Shown piece after piece: positions 1 to 11,901 of a stretch of 64,000 nucleotides of DNA; positions within the stretch are counted from its first letter, which is position 1; every line of letters starts with the position of its first letter. The position numbers and the translations under genes are program-made. The stretch is from Ascoidea asiatica JCM 7603. Its lineage: Eukaryota; Fungi; Ascomycota. A model generated the notes under the pieces. The model had not been told where the DNA came from and ran no database searches. It saw only the letters and a list, made by a program, of their open reading frames with translations. Location: positions 188,045 through 252,044 of the forward strand of contig BCKQ01000013.1 of the NCBI GenBank assembly GCA_001600695.1, written 5' to 3'.

Positions 1-1034
1 GGAACAACTTTGATTGGAGATTTAACTAAACCTCTGGTAAAGAAATCAATAGCTTCTCTAGTATCAGCTCTATTTCCAACATATGAACCTCTAATTTCAA
101 TAGATTTAACAACATGAGAGAAAACTTCTGAACGACAGACTGCACCAGCTGGTAAACCAACTAAAACAACAACACCTGTTGGTCTAACAAATTCACAAGA
201 TTGAGAAATTGCTTTATCAGAAACAGAAACATTAATGACACCATGTGGACCACCTTGAGTTGCTTCTTGAATTGCAGCAACAATATCTTTTTCTTTAGCA
301 AAATCAATAAATGTTTCAGCACCTAAAGATTTAACCATTGCTTCTTTATCAGCACCAGTATCAATTGCAAGAACTCTATAACCCATGGCAGTTGCATATT
401 GAACAGCTAATGAACCTAATCCTCCACCAGCACCAGAAACAGCTAACCATTGACCTTGAGCTGCACCAGCAGTTTTAATTGCTTTATAAACAGTAACACC
501 AGCACATAAAATTGGTGCAATTTCAGCTAAGTCAGTATCTTTTGGGATTTTTGCAGCTTGAACAGCATCTGCAGTTGCATATTGTTGAAATGAACCATCA
601 TGAGTATAACCAGATAAATCAGCTTGAAGACAATTTGGTTCATGACCTTTTTCACAAAATTCACATGACATACATGAACCATTTAACCATTTAATACCAG
701 CATAATCACCAAGTTCAAAATTTTTAACTTCAGAACCTTTTGCAACTACAACACCTGCACCTTCATGACCACCAACTAAAGGTAATTTTGTAGCTAAAGG
801 CCAATCACCTTTCCAAGCATGTAAATCAGTATGACAAACACCAGAATATTTAACATTAATTAAAATTTCATTTGGTTTTGGAGTTGGAACTGGAATATCT
901 TTATATAATAATGGACCACCATTAGTTTCAAATATAACAGCTTTTTGAGTGGTTGGAATAGCTAATCTTCTAGCTAAAGAAGTTGAAAAATATCTTGGAG
1001 TTGAAAATTTTAAGGCAAGTGACTGTCTAAACAT
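1..1034 (-). CDS. ADH3: Zn-dependent alcohol dehydrogenase with mitochondrial presequence (ADH3-type); 3' end runs off the window
   Basis: Manual translation from ATG at 1034: [36 protein letters not shown]...[15 protein letters not shown]...GGHEGAG...[15 protein letters not shown]...GAGGGLG...[10 protein letters not shown]. The 24-aa leader is Arg/Ser-rich and acid-free. Not in the ORF track because the stop lies outside the window. Confidence 0.95.
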   Translation of the reverse strand, partial: MFRQSLALKFSTPRYFSTSLARRLAIPTTQKAVIFETNGGPLLYKDIPVPTPKPNEILINVKYSGVCHTDLHAWKGDWPLATKLPLVGGHEGAGVVVAKGSEVKNFELGDYAGIKWLNGSCMSCEFCEKGHEPNCLQADLSGYTHDGSFQQYATADAVQAAKIPKDTDLAEIAPILCAGVTVYKAIKTAGAAQGQWLAVSGAGGGLGSLAVQYATAMGYRVLAIDTGADKEAMVKSLGAETFIDFAKEKDIVAAIQEATQGGPHGVINVSVSDKAISQSCEFVRPTGVVVLVGLPAGAVCRSEVFSHVVKSIEIRGSYVGNRADTREAIDFFTRGLVKSPIKVV

Positions 1035-2388
1035 TTTGAATTATTTTAAAGTTATAAATGTAAATTAAGATAATTAATGAAGTTAATAATAATAATAATA
1101 AATAATCTGATTAATATATTTGTTTTCTTTTTCTTAATGCTTGAGAAAAATGATTAATTACTAATTGATTATATTGAATGAAGTAAAAGAACTAATAAAA
1201 AAAAAAGAAATAGTTTAATCTTTAAATTATGGGGAATCCTGAGATATATATATTCAGTATTTGAGCTAAACAAATCTAAAAAAGAAAGAGGAAAGAGTAG
1301 AACAGTTGGCTGGAAATAATCCTAGGTAAGTTATTAGTGGTAAAAGAGATGCAGTTACGTAAAATCAATAACTGAATTCAATAGTTCTTGCAAGCTTCCA
1401 AATAAACTCAAAAATGAAGTGCACCTAACAAAAATTGGGCTGGGTTCCACTCCGTTTATCTGCATTGTTAGATCTATCGGAGCACTCTAGTGGGGCTCTC
1501 CGCGACCTTCCCGTTAGCTGGCCGGATTATCTGCGACACTCTTTCTATCTGGACTTGAACTTTAGATTTCCTCGACAACGATCGATTGTTTTTGGTTGCA
1601 AGGTAAATCCTGTTAGTAAGGGTAATTTGTATTTATGTGGGTGTGTGCAGCTCCATACAGCCCAGCTTTGAGCTCGGCACAAACTGAGAGAGTCCGAGCA
1701 GCCAAACCCCAGGTTTGACTGGGTGTTTCGTCCGTTCTCCTCGGACTACGGTTTTGAGTGCATGAACCGTCTTTCGGAGTGTTCCCAAGAGGCATAACTA
1801 AAGAGTTTCGAGTAAATCTGGCGCAAAAGTGAGCGGAGCTGCTGGTTATTGCACACCCTAATTGGGCTTTCTATTTCTATATTTCGGAGAGTATAATACT
1901 TTCCAATATATAAACAATATAATTTGTGTTCGAATAGTAATAATATTTGATGAGTTATTATTACTATTCAATTCATGGAGTTTCTTTCAATTTTTCAGGA
2001 ATTTTTTAACTAAAATTGTTAATAATGGTTACATATCTAATCCGAGAGATTGAATCCATTTTCTCGATTGAATTCATGAATCAATTAAAACATATTCATC
2101 TTTTTATAAATTTCTCTCTTACCTATTAGTAACACTTTTGAAAAAAGACAATAAATACTTGAAGAAGATTATCTGATAGGTAAGGCTGAAAACTGCCCCG
2201 CAATAAAAGTCTTTCAAAGAGAATTTAATCCCGAAAAGAAAAGGAATTTGTTAATGATCCCAAAAGACTAAAATCCTTTTATCACTTTTTCAATAAAAGA
2301 TTGATAATTTGATTCTAATTTGAAATCACACGTAATTAACAAATATCAATTTATTAATAAATTAATTTAAGTTATGTAACTTTAATCG

Positions 2389-3228
2389 CCAATCAATTAA
2401 AGTTGATTTAAATTATGGATTGGCTGAAAAGCACCCCCCTAAAAGTAAGATATGAAATGCCATATAAAAGTCCGAAGATATATGCGATTCTGACCAATAA
2501 AATCTGTCTATTTTCCTTTAATTGCAAAAATAACTTAAACGGGGTGGTTTTAAAATTCCAAATTCACAACATTACAAAAAATATTATACTAACATTGCCT
2601 TCTTTATACTGTTTGAAAATCATTTTGGTCCTATAAAACTATTAATTAATGGTTTATCTTTGAAAATTTAATTATTTATAATTTATTTTAACTAAATTCT
2701 ACTTAAAATTCATCCAATTTTACTCGACCAAAAATATTCAAGTGTGTAAATAATCTGCAAATATTTAATTCAAAAACATTTGATTGGAAAACAGAATTGG
2801 CGAATCCTGTTTTTGATATTCCTGTTTAATAAAAAAAAATCCAAGCTTGAATTAAAACTATCTTACCAAAAACATGAAACTTTCCATTTAATTATCTTGA
2901 AATTTATTTTTATAAATGAGGGGTAATTGTTTTATATCCGTAATTCAATTTAAGATCCGTTAAATTTATTATTTTCTGTAAACTTATATAAGTTGAGTGA
3001 ATTCTTCGAAATTTGAGTAATAATCTCTAACTTTGATTTTTTTCTTGAAAGAAGAAGCAGTTTGTATTGTTTCTATCAACTACTTTCTTGCTCAATTTGT
3101 CTCCTATCACTCTCATGACTAATAAGTATAACGTTATTATTTCAAAGCTATTCTTTAACAATTTTTTGTAATTAAATCGTAATACAATTCAGTAATTCCA
3201 AGATGATATTCCTGTTGCCAGCCAATGA
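2389..3228. promoter_or_regulatory. Cluster of CCAAT/ATTGG boxes (Hap2/3/4/5-type) in the divergent ADH3 / cytochrome c intergenic region
   Basis: CCAAT or ATTGG near 2389, 2419, 2493, 2714, 2783, 2796 and 3223; fits two respiratory or mitochondrial genes. Confidence 0.45.
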
Positions 3229-3995
3229 ACTGCTCTCAATTCTCCCATTACTCATCGACTAATCATACGACAAAGCTCAAAACGGTTTTGTGACCGAGTT
3301 TTCCCGTTAAGCAGATCAAATTTCTCTGAACCTCCCCTGTTTAATCCGGACCTGTCTTATGTCAACTCCTGTTTATTTTAAAGTATGTCAAAAAAGAACT
3401 TTCAAATATTATTTCAATAATTTTCAATAAAACACTACAAACCACTTTACAAAAAACATTAACATTAGAGCTATAAAAGGCTCCACCGGTATGATCCTAA
3501 AATTTCAAATAAATGATTAAAATATTTGTTTAATTAAAGGGTATTTTTTTTTATTTTTTATTTAAAGAAAAATTTATGAAGATAATGATAATAAAGTGGG
3601 ACCGAATTTTAAAAAGTGCCTTTTTTATTCTCTTATTTTTTAAAGTCACCAGACGTCATGGTGTTATGTCCAAATAACTATTCATCTAAATGAATTAAAT
3701 TTCTTATTGAATTCAAATATTTGACTAATTTAATAATTATTCTTTTAAATTCTTGAAATATTTTCTCAAATGAATAAAATTAGTCATTTTACACTACTTA
3801 ACTTAGCTTAACTATTACTTTCAAATTTTAATAGTAATCAATAACCGAAAAAATTTATTGATAGTAATTAACTCAATTAATATGATTAGAATCAACAATA
3901 TTAATGTTATCAGCCATATTAATCTTATCGGATTATGTTTGTAGTAAGAAAAATTTAAATTAATATTAACATTTTATATTATAATAATCATATTA

Positions 3996-4478
3996 ATGGC
4001 ATTTGGAAATTGGTTTTCAAAATCAAAAGATTCTTCAAAGTCTAATAAAAATGATACCCCTGAAATTGAAAAAATTGAATCTTTTAATAAAAATTTGAAT
4101 GAATCTGAGATTATTAAAACTCAAGAAATTAATGAATTGAATGATATTGATAATGAAGCATTATCTAAAGGTGCTCATATTTTCAAAACAAGATGTTTAC
4201 AATGTCACACAAGTAATCAAAATTTAAATATTCATAAAGCTGGTCCAAATTTATATAAAATTATTAATAAAAAAATAGGTTCTTTATCAAGTTATAAATA
4301 TAGTGAATCTTTATTAAATTTTAAAAACGAAAATATTGAATTTACTTGGTCAAAAGTAAATATGAATGATTTTTTAAAAAAACCGAAAACTTTTATTCCT
4401 GGAACTAAAATGGGATTTCAAGGTTTATCTAAAGCAAAAGATAGAAAAAATTTAATTTATTATCTTGAAAATAATTAA
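3996..4478 (+). CDS. Divergent cytochrome c with ~50-aa N-terminal extension
   Basis: KGAHIFKTRCLQCH (CxxCH heme site), HKAGPNL, Trp59, IPGTKM (axial Met80), KDRKNLIYYL. Confidence 0.9.
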   Translation: MAFGNWFSKSKDSSKSNKNDTPEIEKIESFNKNLNESEIIKTQEINELNDIDNEALSKGAHIFKTRCLQCHTSNQNLNIHKAGPNLYKIINKKIGSLSSYKYSESLLNFKNENIEFTWSKVNMNDFLKKPKTFIPGTKMGFQGLSKAKDRKNLIYYLENN

Positions 4479-4741
4479 TTTATAAGTTGCTTAATTTTCT
4501 CAAATTGGCTTGGGACTTTCTTGTCAATTTCATTGCAACCATTGTAGGATAATATAATAAATGAAATCAATCTTAAAGAAACTCTATAAAATTTATTTAA
4601 TTCAGTATATCTTGTAACTTTACATGTTCTACATATTGTATATATTTGTTAATATATGAATTATTTTATTCATTCTACGAACTCATTAAAGTTTGGTATT
4701 AACTATATTTAGTATGCTGTATATTATTTCACTATTGATCA

Positions 4742-7700
4742 TTATTCTTTAGATATTACAACCTTTCTTTTTATCTTCTTCCTTTTAACTTTAACTTTTT
4801 TAACGGTTTTTTGCCCGGTTTCATCCACACTGATATTTGTATTTGTATCTGTAATTGAATTTGAATTTGAGTTTTTATTCATTTCATTAGATTTTCCTTC
4901 TTTTAATATTTTCTTAACCCGAATTTTTTTTTTTGGTTTTAATGGAATACTGGATTCTTGTAAATTATGCCTTATTTTTTCAATTTCATTTTCAATAATT
5001 GTATCTCCAGGTTCATCATCATCCATAGGACTAGTAATATCAAAATTATCTAAAGCAGAAGATTCATTAATTAATTTTTTATTGGATTTTCTATGACCAT
5101 TTTGACGTACAAAACTTGATGTTCTTGATTTCTTTTCATGTTTCTTACGAGTTTTAGCTTTTAATCCAGGAATATCTTCTTCAGCTAAAATTATTAATGG
5201 TTTCTTAATTTTTTTTACAGTACTTGGTGTTGAATATAATGATGATGGCATACCTAAATTATTCGAATTATTATTTTTTGGAGGAGAATTTATTAATAAA
5301 GATTCTTGAGAATTTCCATTACCATTATCATTTTTAATATTAATATTATTATTTTCTTTTTCATTTGGTTTATCATCTGATATATAATATGGATTATACT
5401 TTTGTTTTTCTAATCTTTCTTTTCTTTTTCTTTCTAAATCAAAACTAGTTTCCATTACTACACCTTCAACTCCTTTTTTCCATTTATTATCTGAATATTT
5501 ATTATTGAATCCATTTTCATTCATATTATTATTATTATAATCATCATCTTCATCATCTGTATCACTATCAGAATCACTAAAGTAATCAGATTGATCAGAA
5601 TCTAAATATTTCAAATAATAATCAGATTCTTCAGAATTTTCATTTTGATAATGACCAGGTAATTCACTTAATTCAATTTTTTTATTCAATTTCAAAAATT
5701 CAGGGCTCTCAATTCTTTTTTGAGATTTTTTTGCAATTGGTACTAAATCATATGAATTAAAAAAAGATGGTAAAACATTTGTTAATAAAAAAGGTAAATC
5801 ATCAATGTTCTTATTATCATTATTTTCCTCATTATTTTCCTTATTATTTTCCTCACTTTTTGATTCGTTATTTGGTTCATTAAGAGCCTCTTTTAATAAT
5901 TTTAAAAATTCATAAAATTCCATTGATCTTTCTTGAATTTCAAAACAATTTGAATATGATAAATTATTGAAAAAATCTAGAACTAGATTTAAATTAAAAA
6001 AAATTTGTTCTTTAGTAATAGTATTAATTTCATTTAAAGTATTATTATCAATATTTATATGATCATTTTCATTTAAAGGTGAATTATCATCATTATCATC
6101 ATCGTTATCATTAATATAATTTTTATTTGAAAGATTTGAGAAAATTTTAACTAAAGTAATGATTAAATTTTGAAATATATTTTCAATTGTTTGATTTTTA
6201 TTTAAATTATCAAAATCAAAATTTAAATGAATATAATCATTAGTGATATTATTATTATTATTATTAATACTTTCACTAATACTATTGATATTAAATTTAT
6301 TATCATTATTATTAGAATTATTTAAAAAATTTGGATTATATAAATGAATTAAATTTGAAATTAAATTTTTAATATTTTCAAATTTTAATAAATTTGAATA
6401 TTCACCTAATGACCAAATTAATTCAGGTAATAAATTTAATAAATTTAATTTAATTTTTTCATTTAAAATAAATTTTAAAATATAATCATTTAAAATTTCA
6501 ATTCTTAAACTTGGAATTTTTATAATTAAATTTCTTAAAGTTAAAGATAAATTATAAGCTAAATTATTTGAATTAAAAGAATTTGAAATTGATAAAATAC
6601 TTATTAAATCATTTAATACAGTTAAAAACCAATTAAAATCAGGTATATTTAAATAATTATCTTTTGTACAAGATATTAAAATTTTATTTATAATTTGAAT
6701 TTTAAAATTATTTGGTAAATTTATTTGATTTTTATTTAAATTTTCTTGTTGAGATAATGGAATTGAATTTTGATTTAAATTTAAAGAAGAAGAATTAGAA
6801 ATTGTTGAAGATGATGTTGTTGTTGATATTGGAGTTGGAGGTGGTGGAATTAATTGAAACATTAAATTACCAATTATTGAAATAATATTTTTTTCATCAA
6901 TTATTGAATCAATTAAATTTAAAGCTTGTTGTCTAATTGATAAATCAGGATGATTTAAAGAAAATAAAATATTTTTTTCATGAATTTTTATTAAATTTTT
7001 AAAATTTTTTAAAGAAAATTGATTTAATAATAATAAACCAACAAATAATAAATTTGGATCTTTAAAAGTATTTATAGATTGATTTTGATTTTGATTTTGA
7101 TTAAAGAAGAAATTAATTTTTAATATTAAATTTTTTGCAATTTTTATATCTTCAAAATCTTGATAATCTAACATATTACTTTTTATAATACAAGAAATAC
7201 CTTCATAAATTATTGAAGAAGCATTAGTTGTATTTATAAGATTTAAAATTAAAGGTAATAATTTTAATTTTAATCTTGGTTCAATTTTATTTAAAGAAGT
7301 AAATAATTTAAATAATCTTATTAACATCCAATGATTATTTGAATTTTTTAAAAGGTTAAATAATTGAGGAGCTAAATAAAGATAATTTTTTGGATTTTTT
7401 TTTGATAATTCTGAAATTACAGTAATTAATGAAGAAATTACTGAATTATCATTTTCTATATTATTATCTAATTTTTCAAATAATCTTTTATAAGTAAATT
7501 TTAAAGATTGTGGATAATTTAAGAAAATTTTATATAAACATAAAATTGATTTTTTTCTAATATATGGATTTGAATGATTAATCATTTTAATAATATCATC
7601 AATTAATTCAATTGCTAAATTTTTATTAACAATTGAAGAAATACCATTTAAAGCTAAAGAAATAATTAAAAAATTTTTTGAATTTAAATCTTTTTTAAAT

Positions 7701-8077
7701 AAATTTGTAACTAAAATTAAAATATCTTTATCATTTTTAAAACTTTCTATAGAAGCTAAATAACCAACTCTTTTTTGTTGAAATTTTGAAGAAGACATAA
7801 TTTCTAAGATATTAAAATTTGCAAAATTCATATTAAAACCAAACATTTGTAAATAAGTTAATTTTAATATTGACATTGTTTTAATATTTAAATCATTTGA
7901 TTTTAATTCTTTTTTACAATCTATAATTACATTATTTAAAAAATTTAATAAAATTTCATGATTTGAATTATGTGATCTAATTCCTTTAATTAAATCATTT
8001 AAAGATTTTTCAAAAAAAATTCCAAATGGTCTTAATCTTGCTTTAACTTCATCTCTTGGTTGTAAAGATAATGACAT
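4742..8077 (-). CDS. APL5: AP-3 complex delta adaptin
   Basis: N-terminus RLRPFGIFFEKSLNDLIKGIRS, FQQKRVGYLA, EIQERS, FNSYDLVPIAKKSQKRI; acidic and Lys-rich C-terminus. Confidence 0.95.
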   Translation of the reverse strand: MSLSLQPRDEVKARLRPFGIFFEKSLNDLIKGIRSHNSNHEILLNFLNNVIIDCKKELKSNDLNIKTMSILKLTYLQMFGFNMNFANFNILEIMSSSKFQQKRVGYLASIESFKNDKDILILVTNLFKKDLNSKNFLIISLALNGISSIVNKNLAIELIDDIIKMINHSNPYIRKKSILCLYKIFLNYPQSLKFTYKRLFEKLDNNIENDNSVISSLITVISELSKKNPKNYLYLAPQLFNLLKNSNNHWMLIRLFKLFTSLNKIEPRLKLKLLPLILNLINTTNASSIIYEGISCIIKSNMLDYQDFEDIKIAKNLILKINFFFNQNQNQNQSINTFKDPNLLFVGLLLLNQFSLKNFKNLIKIHEKNILFSLNHPDLSIRQQALNLIDSIIDEKNIISIIGNLMFQLIPPPPTPISTTTSSSTISNSSSLNLNQNSIPLSQQENLNKNQINLPNNFKIQIINKILISCTKDNYLNIPDFNWFLTVLNDLISILSISNSFNSNNLAYNLSLTLRNLIIKIPSLRIEILNDYILKFILNEKIKLNLLNLLPELIWSLGEYSNLLKFENIKNLISNLIHLYNPNFLNNSNNNDNKFNINSISESINNNNNNITNDYIHLNFDFDNLNKNQTIENIFQNLIITLVKIFSNLSNKNYINDNDDDNDDNSPLNENDHINIDNNTLNEINTITKEQIFFNLNLVLDFFNNLSYSNCFEIQERSMEFYEFLKLLKEALNEPNNESKSEENNKENNEENNDNKNIDDLPFLLTNVLPSFFNSYDLVPIAKKSQKRIESPEFLKLNKKIELSELPGHYQNENSEESDYYLKYLDSDQSDYFSDSDSDTDDEDDDYNNNNMNENGFNNKYSDNKWKKGVEGVVMETSFDLERKRKERLEKQKYNPYYISDDKPNEKENNNINIKNDNGNGNSQESLLINSPPKNNNSNNLGMPSSLYSTPSTVKKIKKPLIILAEEDIPGLKAKTRKKHEKKSRTSSFVRQNGHRKSNKKLINESSALDNFDITSPMDDDEPGDTIIENEIEKIRHNLQESSIPLKPKKKIRVKKILKEGKSNEMNKNSNSNSITDTNTNISVDETGQKTVKKVKVKRKKIKRKVVISKE

Positions 8078-8437
8078 TTTTAATTATATTAATATTTATT
8101 GATATTAGATCAAATCCAGAAATTCAAAAAAGAAATGAATCTAATGAATCAAATAAACTAATTTAAATGGATTGATTGATTAATCTGAATGATTTAAATA
8201 ACTTGAATAGATTGAATAGATTGAATATAAAAGAAATAAATAAATAAAGAAATAAATAGGATTAAATGAAATAGAATTGAATGAAATAGGATGGATGCAT
8301 TGGAATTAAACAATAGAAGTAAAATAATAATAATAATAAAGAGAAACTAACTAAAGTCGAATCACGTGGGTTATTATATTGCAGGCACTGTACTGTGCAA
8401 AAAGGTAGTATTCTGCTTTATGATGCACAGCTGCATT

Positions 8438-8558
8438 AGACCCGCACTGTTGGTAAGCCAAGAGCACCCACAAAACTGGTCTCGACAAGAAGTACCGCAA
8501 TTATGGATTCAAAATACAGACCCCAAAATCAAAGTATAAACCCCGTTTCAGGGGTCTG
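8438..8558 (+). promoter_or_regulatory. Four copies of the CC-N8-GGT(CTC) motif in the APL5/OXR1 divergent promoter
   Basis: AGACCC-gcactgtt-GGTAAG (8438), GCACCC-acaaaact-GGTCTC (8464), AGTACC-gcaattat-GGATTC (8491), CCCC-gtttcagg-GGTCTG (8541). Confidence 0.75.
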
Positions 8559-9238
8559 GAAATAAGCAATATTTATGAGATTTGATTGCTTTTGCTGTGA
8601 ATGGAGAATAAAGAATAAAGAAAGAAGGAAAAAGGAAAAAGGAAAAAGGAAGAAGGCAATAAAGAAATAAGTGAATAATTAAATGATTATATGATTATTT
8701 GAATGAATTGGATTAAATAATCAATTGAACTGAATGAATTGAATAGAATAAATCTCTAGTTTCTATAAGACTAAAGGCCAATTGATCAGATTCTTAGAGT
8801 CACTGCGTAATCAGAAATAATATTATTAATAATAATTATAATAATAATAATAATTATATCAGAACATGAGTCCTGGATGAATAACTGTAACTCCTTAATT
8901 CAAAAAAAAACATTGTTAAAAACATACTTGAATCAATTGAATATATCCATCTCAATCAATCAATTAATCAATTAATCAATAAATTGAACAATAAATTGAA
9001 CAATCAAACAATTGAACAATTATTAAAGCAGATCATCTTTCATTTTTACTTATTCTCTGTACTATTAAGCGTAATGAATTAAGCTTAAGCTTAATGACAA
9101 CTAATCTTACACTAACTTTATTAATTTTACATTCACATCTCATTCCACTATCCAATTCTTGTTATCACATTTTCAATTGAAGAAGAAAAAAATTAATTTA
9201 TTTTAAACACATTTTACCTTTTTAGTTTACTTATCATA

Positions 9239-10537
9239 ATGACAACAAATAATACAAATAATACAAATATTATAAGCAATATAAACAATATAAACAATAG
9301 CAATAGCAATAGCAATAGCAATAGCAATAATAATAATAATAATATTATAACAACTTCAATTTCAAATCCAATTCAAATTTATTCTTCTGATACTGAAAGT
9401 GAATCAAATTCAGATATTGAAAATAATTATTCAATTAGAAATTCAATAAAAAAAAATTTAAAGAATATAACTGGTAAAAATTTTAGATCTTTTTCATTTT
9501 CAAATAATTTACCAACAATTTCAAATAATACAAATAATATTAACAAAAATAATTTAAATAATTACAAATTTAATTCAAATTCAGATTCTAATTTAAATAA
9601 AAATTTAAAAAAAAGATCAACTTCAGATTCATTATCTATAAAATTTAAAAATTCAAAATTATTTAATTCAATCTTAACTACAAATAAATCAATCATCAAT
9701 ACTCCAATTAACTTAGATAATAATAATAATAATAATAATTTAGATTCTATAATGTCATTTGATCAAATACCTTTAAATAATATTAATCTTTTAGGTTATA
9801 ATTTAAAAACTAAAAATAGATTATTAAATAATGATTTAGCTGAAGAAATTAGAAATTTTTTATCTTCAAGATTACAATTATATTCAAATTGGCAATTAAT
9901 TTATTCTTTAGAACAACATGGTTCTTCTTTAAATACTTTATATAATAATTCAAAACCTGATTTTAATTATAATAATTATAAAAATTCAAATTTTTTTCAT
10001 GATCCTTTAAAAAATTCAAAAATTATTGATAATGATTATTTTTCAAATTCTTTTAAAAAATTTAATAATAATAATAATACTATAATAAATAATCATAAAA
10101 AAAATTTAGGTTTTCTTTTAATTATTAAAGATTCAAATAAAAATATTTTTGGAGCTTTTTCTAATGAAAATTTTCATATTTCTGATAATAATTCAAAATT
10201 TTATGGTAATGGAGATTGTTTTTTATGGAAATGTAAATTTACAAAATCTTTAAATCATAATAATAATGAAAAAGATAATAATTTAGAAGAAGATAATAAT
10301 AAATTACATTTACAATTTAATGCATTTCCATATACAGGATTAAATAATTTTATAATATATTCAACAAAAGAATTTTTATCAATGGGAGTTTCAAATGGTC
10401 ATTATGGTTTATGGATTGATAATAATTTAATTAATGGAATTTCAGATAAATCTTTAACATTTGGTAATGAACCATTAAGTGATTCTGGAATAAAATTTAA
10501 AATTAATGCTTTAGAAGTTTGGAAAATTGGTAGTTAA
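9239..10537 (+). CDS. OXR1: Oxidation resistance protein 1 (TLDc domain)
   Basis: WQLIYSLEQHGSSLNTLY, IFGAFSNE, FYGNGDCFLWK, GHYGLWID, TFGNEPLS, LEVWKIG. Confidence 0.93.
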   Translation: MTTNNTNNTNIISNINNINNSNSNSNSNSNNNNNNIITTSISNPIQIYSSDTESESNSDIENNYSIRNSIKKNLKNITGKNFRSFSFSNNLPTISNNTNNINKNNLNNYKFNSNSDSNLNKNLKKRSTSDSLSIKFKNSKLFNSILTTNKSIINTPINLDNNNNNNNLDSIMSFDQIPLNNINLLGYNLKTKNRLLNNDLAEEIRNFLSSRLQLYSNWQLIYSLEQHGSSLNTLYNNSKPDFNYNNYKNSNFFHDPLKNSKIIDNDYFSNSFKKFNNNNNTIINNHKKNLGFLLIIKDSNKNIFGAFSNENFHISDNNSKFYGNGDCFLWKCKFTKSLNHNNNEKDNNLEEDNNKLHLQFNAFPYTGLNNFIIYSTKEFLSMGVSNGHYGLWIDNNLINGISDKSLTFGNEPLSDSGIKFKINALEVWKIGS

Positions 10538-10621
10538 TTTATATTTATTATAAAATTCATTCATTTTTTTATATTATATTATATTCATTATATATATATA
10601 TTAGTACTTAGTTAAGTTTAA

Positions 10622-11545
10622 TTAAGTATTATTGGATAATAATTTTAAATCATCTTTATTCATATTATTATATCTATTTATAATTAAATCTTTTGATTGA
10701 TTAAATTCAATTGGATATGATTTTTCAAATTTATTTTCTAAATCTTTTAAATGTTTCTCAGACCATTTTAAATTTTTTTTAATTTTTTTAATTAAATTTA
10801 TATAATTATTATTAATATTATTAAAATTTTCAATATTATTAATATCATTATTATTATTATTATTATTACTAATGTTATTATTATTATTAATATTATTAAT
10901 ATTAATTGAATTTAAATTTGAAGAAAAATTATTATTAATTAAATTTAATTTTAAAATTATTTTTTTTTGTAAAGATTTTAATTCAATTGTTTTATTTTTT
11001 ACTAAACCTGAAGTTTGAGCTTGTTTAACTAAAGCTTTATCCATTAAATTATTATCATTTAATAAAGAATTATTTATTGAAGTTAATAAATATTCAATTG
11101 AATTAAATGTATTTAAATAATTATCTTGAGAATAATTACTTGAAGATTCTGCATATGATGAAGAAGATATTGAAATATCTGAATCATCATAATTTCCATA
11201 ATTATTATGATTATTATTACTATTGTTATTATTGTTATTATTATTATTAATATTTGAATTTTTGGAAGAATCATTAAAAGTTAAGTCAATTTTATCAACA
11301 GTCAATAAATCATTATTTGATTTATTTGATACATTAGATAAATTATTATTTATATTTGATCTGGATAATTCAGAAGATTCATATAAACTTGAAGGAACTG
11401 CAAATACCTGAGAACTTATACTTGGTACTCTTGATCTATTACTAGTTGCAGATGTTGAATTTGAAGAACCAGAAACATTGTTTATATTAGTTCCTGAAGA
11501 AGAAGGAATATCACTCAGAAGATTGTCTAGATTAAGATAGTCCAT
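10622..11545 (-). CDS. KXD1: KxDL-domain protein (BLOC-1/BORC subunit)
   Basis: DKALVKQAQTSGLVKNKTIELKSLQ ... KKIKKNLKWSEK ... YPIEFNQSKDLI matches the yeast Kxd1 C-terminal domain. Confidence 0.8.
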   Translation of the reverse strand: MDYLNLDNLLSDIPSSSGTNINNVSGSSNSTSATSNRSRVPSISSQVFAVPSSLYESSELSRSNINNNLSNVSNKSNNDLLTVDKIDLTFNDSSKNSNINNNNNNNNNSNNNHNNYGNYDDSDISISSSSYAESSSNYSQDNYLNTFNSIEYLLTSINNSLLNDNNLMDKALVKQAQTSGLVKNKTIELKSLQKKIILKLNLINNNFSSNLNSININNINNNNNISNNNNNNNDINNIENFNNINNNYINLIKKIKKNLKWSEKHLKDLENKFEKSYPIEFNQSKDLIINRYNNMNKDDLKLLSNNT

Positions 11546-11752
11546 TTGAAATCATCAGATTTTATCACCATAAACACCATAAGCATCACCATTATCATCA
11601 TCATCAAGACCAACACTGATTCCATTTCTACTTGTAAATTATCTCTTTTATAAGCCATAAGAAATTAGAAATAAACCTTTATTCACTTTCCAATTTCCAC
11701 TTTCCCACACAGCAATAAAAACTGTTAACAGCAAAATAAACAATTAAAAAGA

Positions 11753-11801
11753 ACACCCGCAAAACTGGTCTCGTGTCTAATTATTCCATTGTTGTGGGTC
11801 T
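11753..11801 (+). promoter_or_regulatory. Two CC-N8-GG motif copies upstream of KXD1
   Basis: ACACCC-gcaaaact-GGTCTC (11753-11772); TCC-attgttgt-GGGTCT (11785-11801). Confidence 0.7.
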
Positions 11802-11901
11802 GCCTTTGCATGCCTTTGTATGCATTGATCTGCATTTCTTATTTTGAATATATCTTTTTTTATTCATATTCTTACTTCATCTATTATATATTTGATATAA
11901 A

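Noticed and set aside
3383-3810. 5' UTR intron of the cytochrome c gene (GTATGT at 3383)
   Set aside because: No canonical branch point downstream
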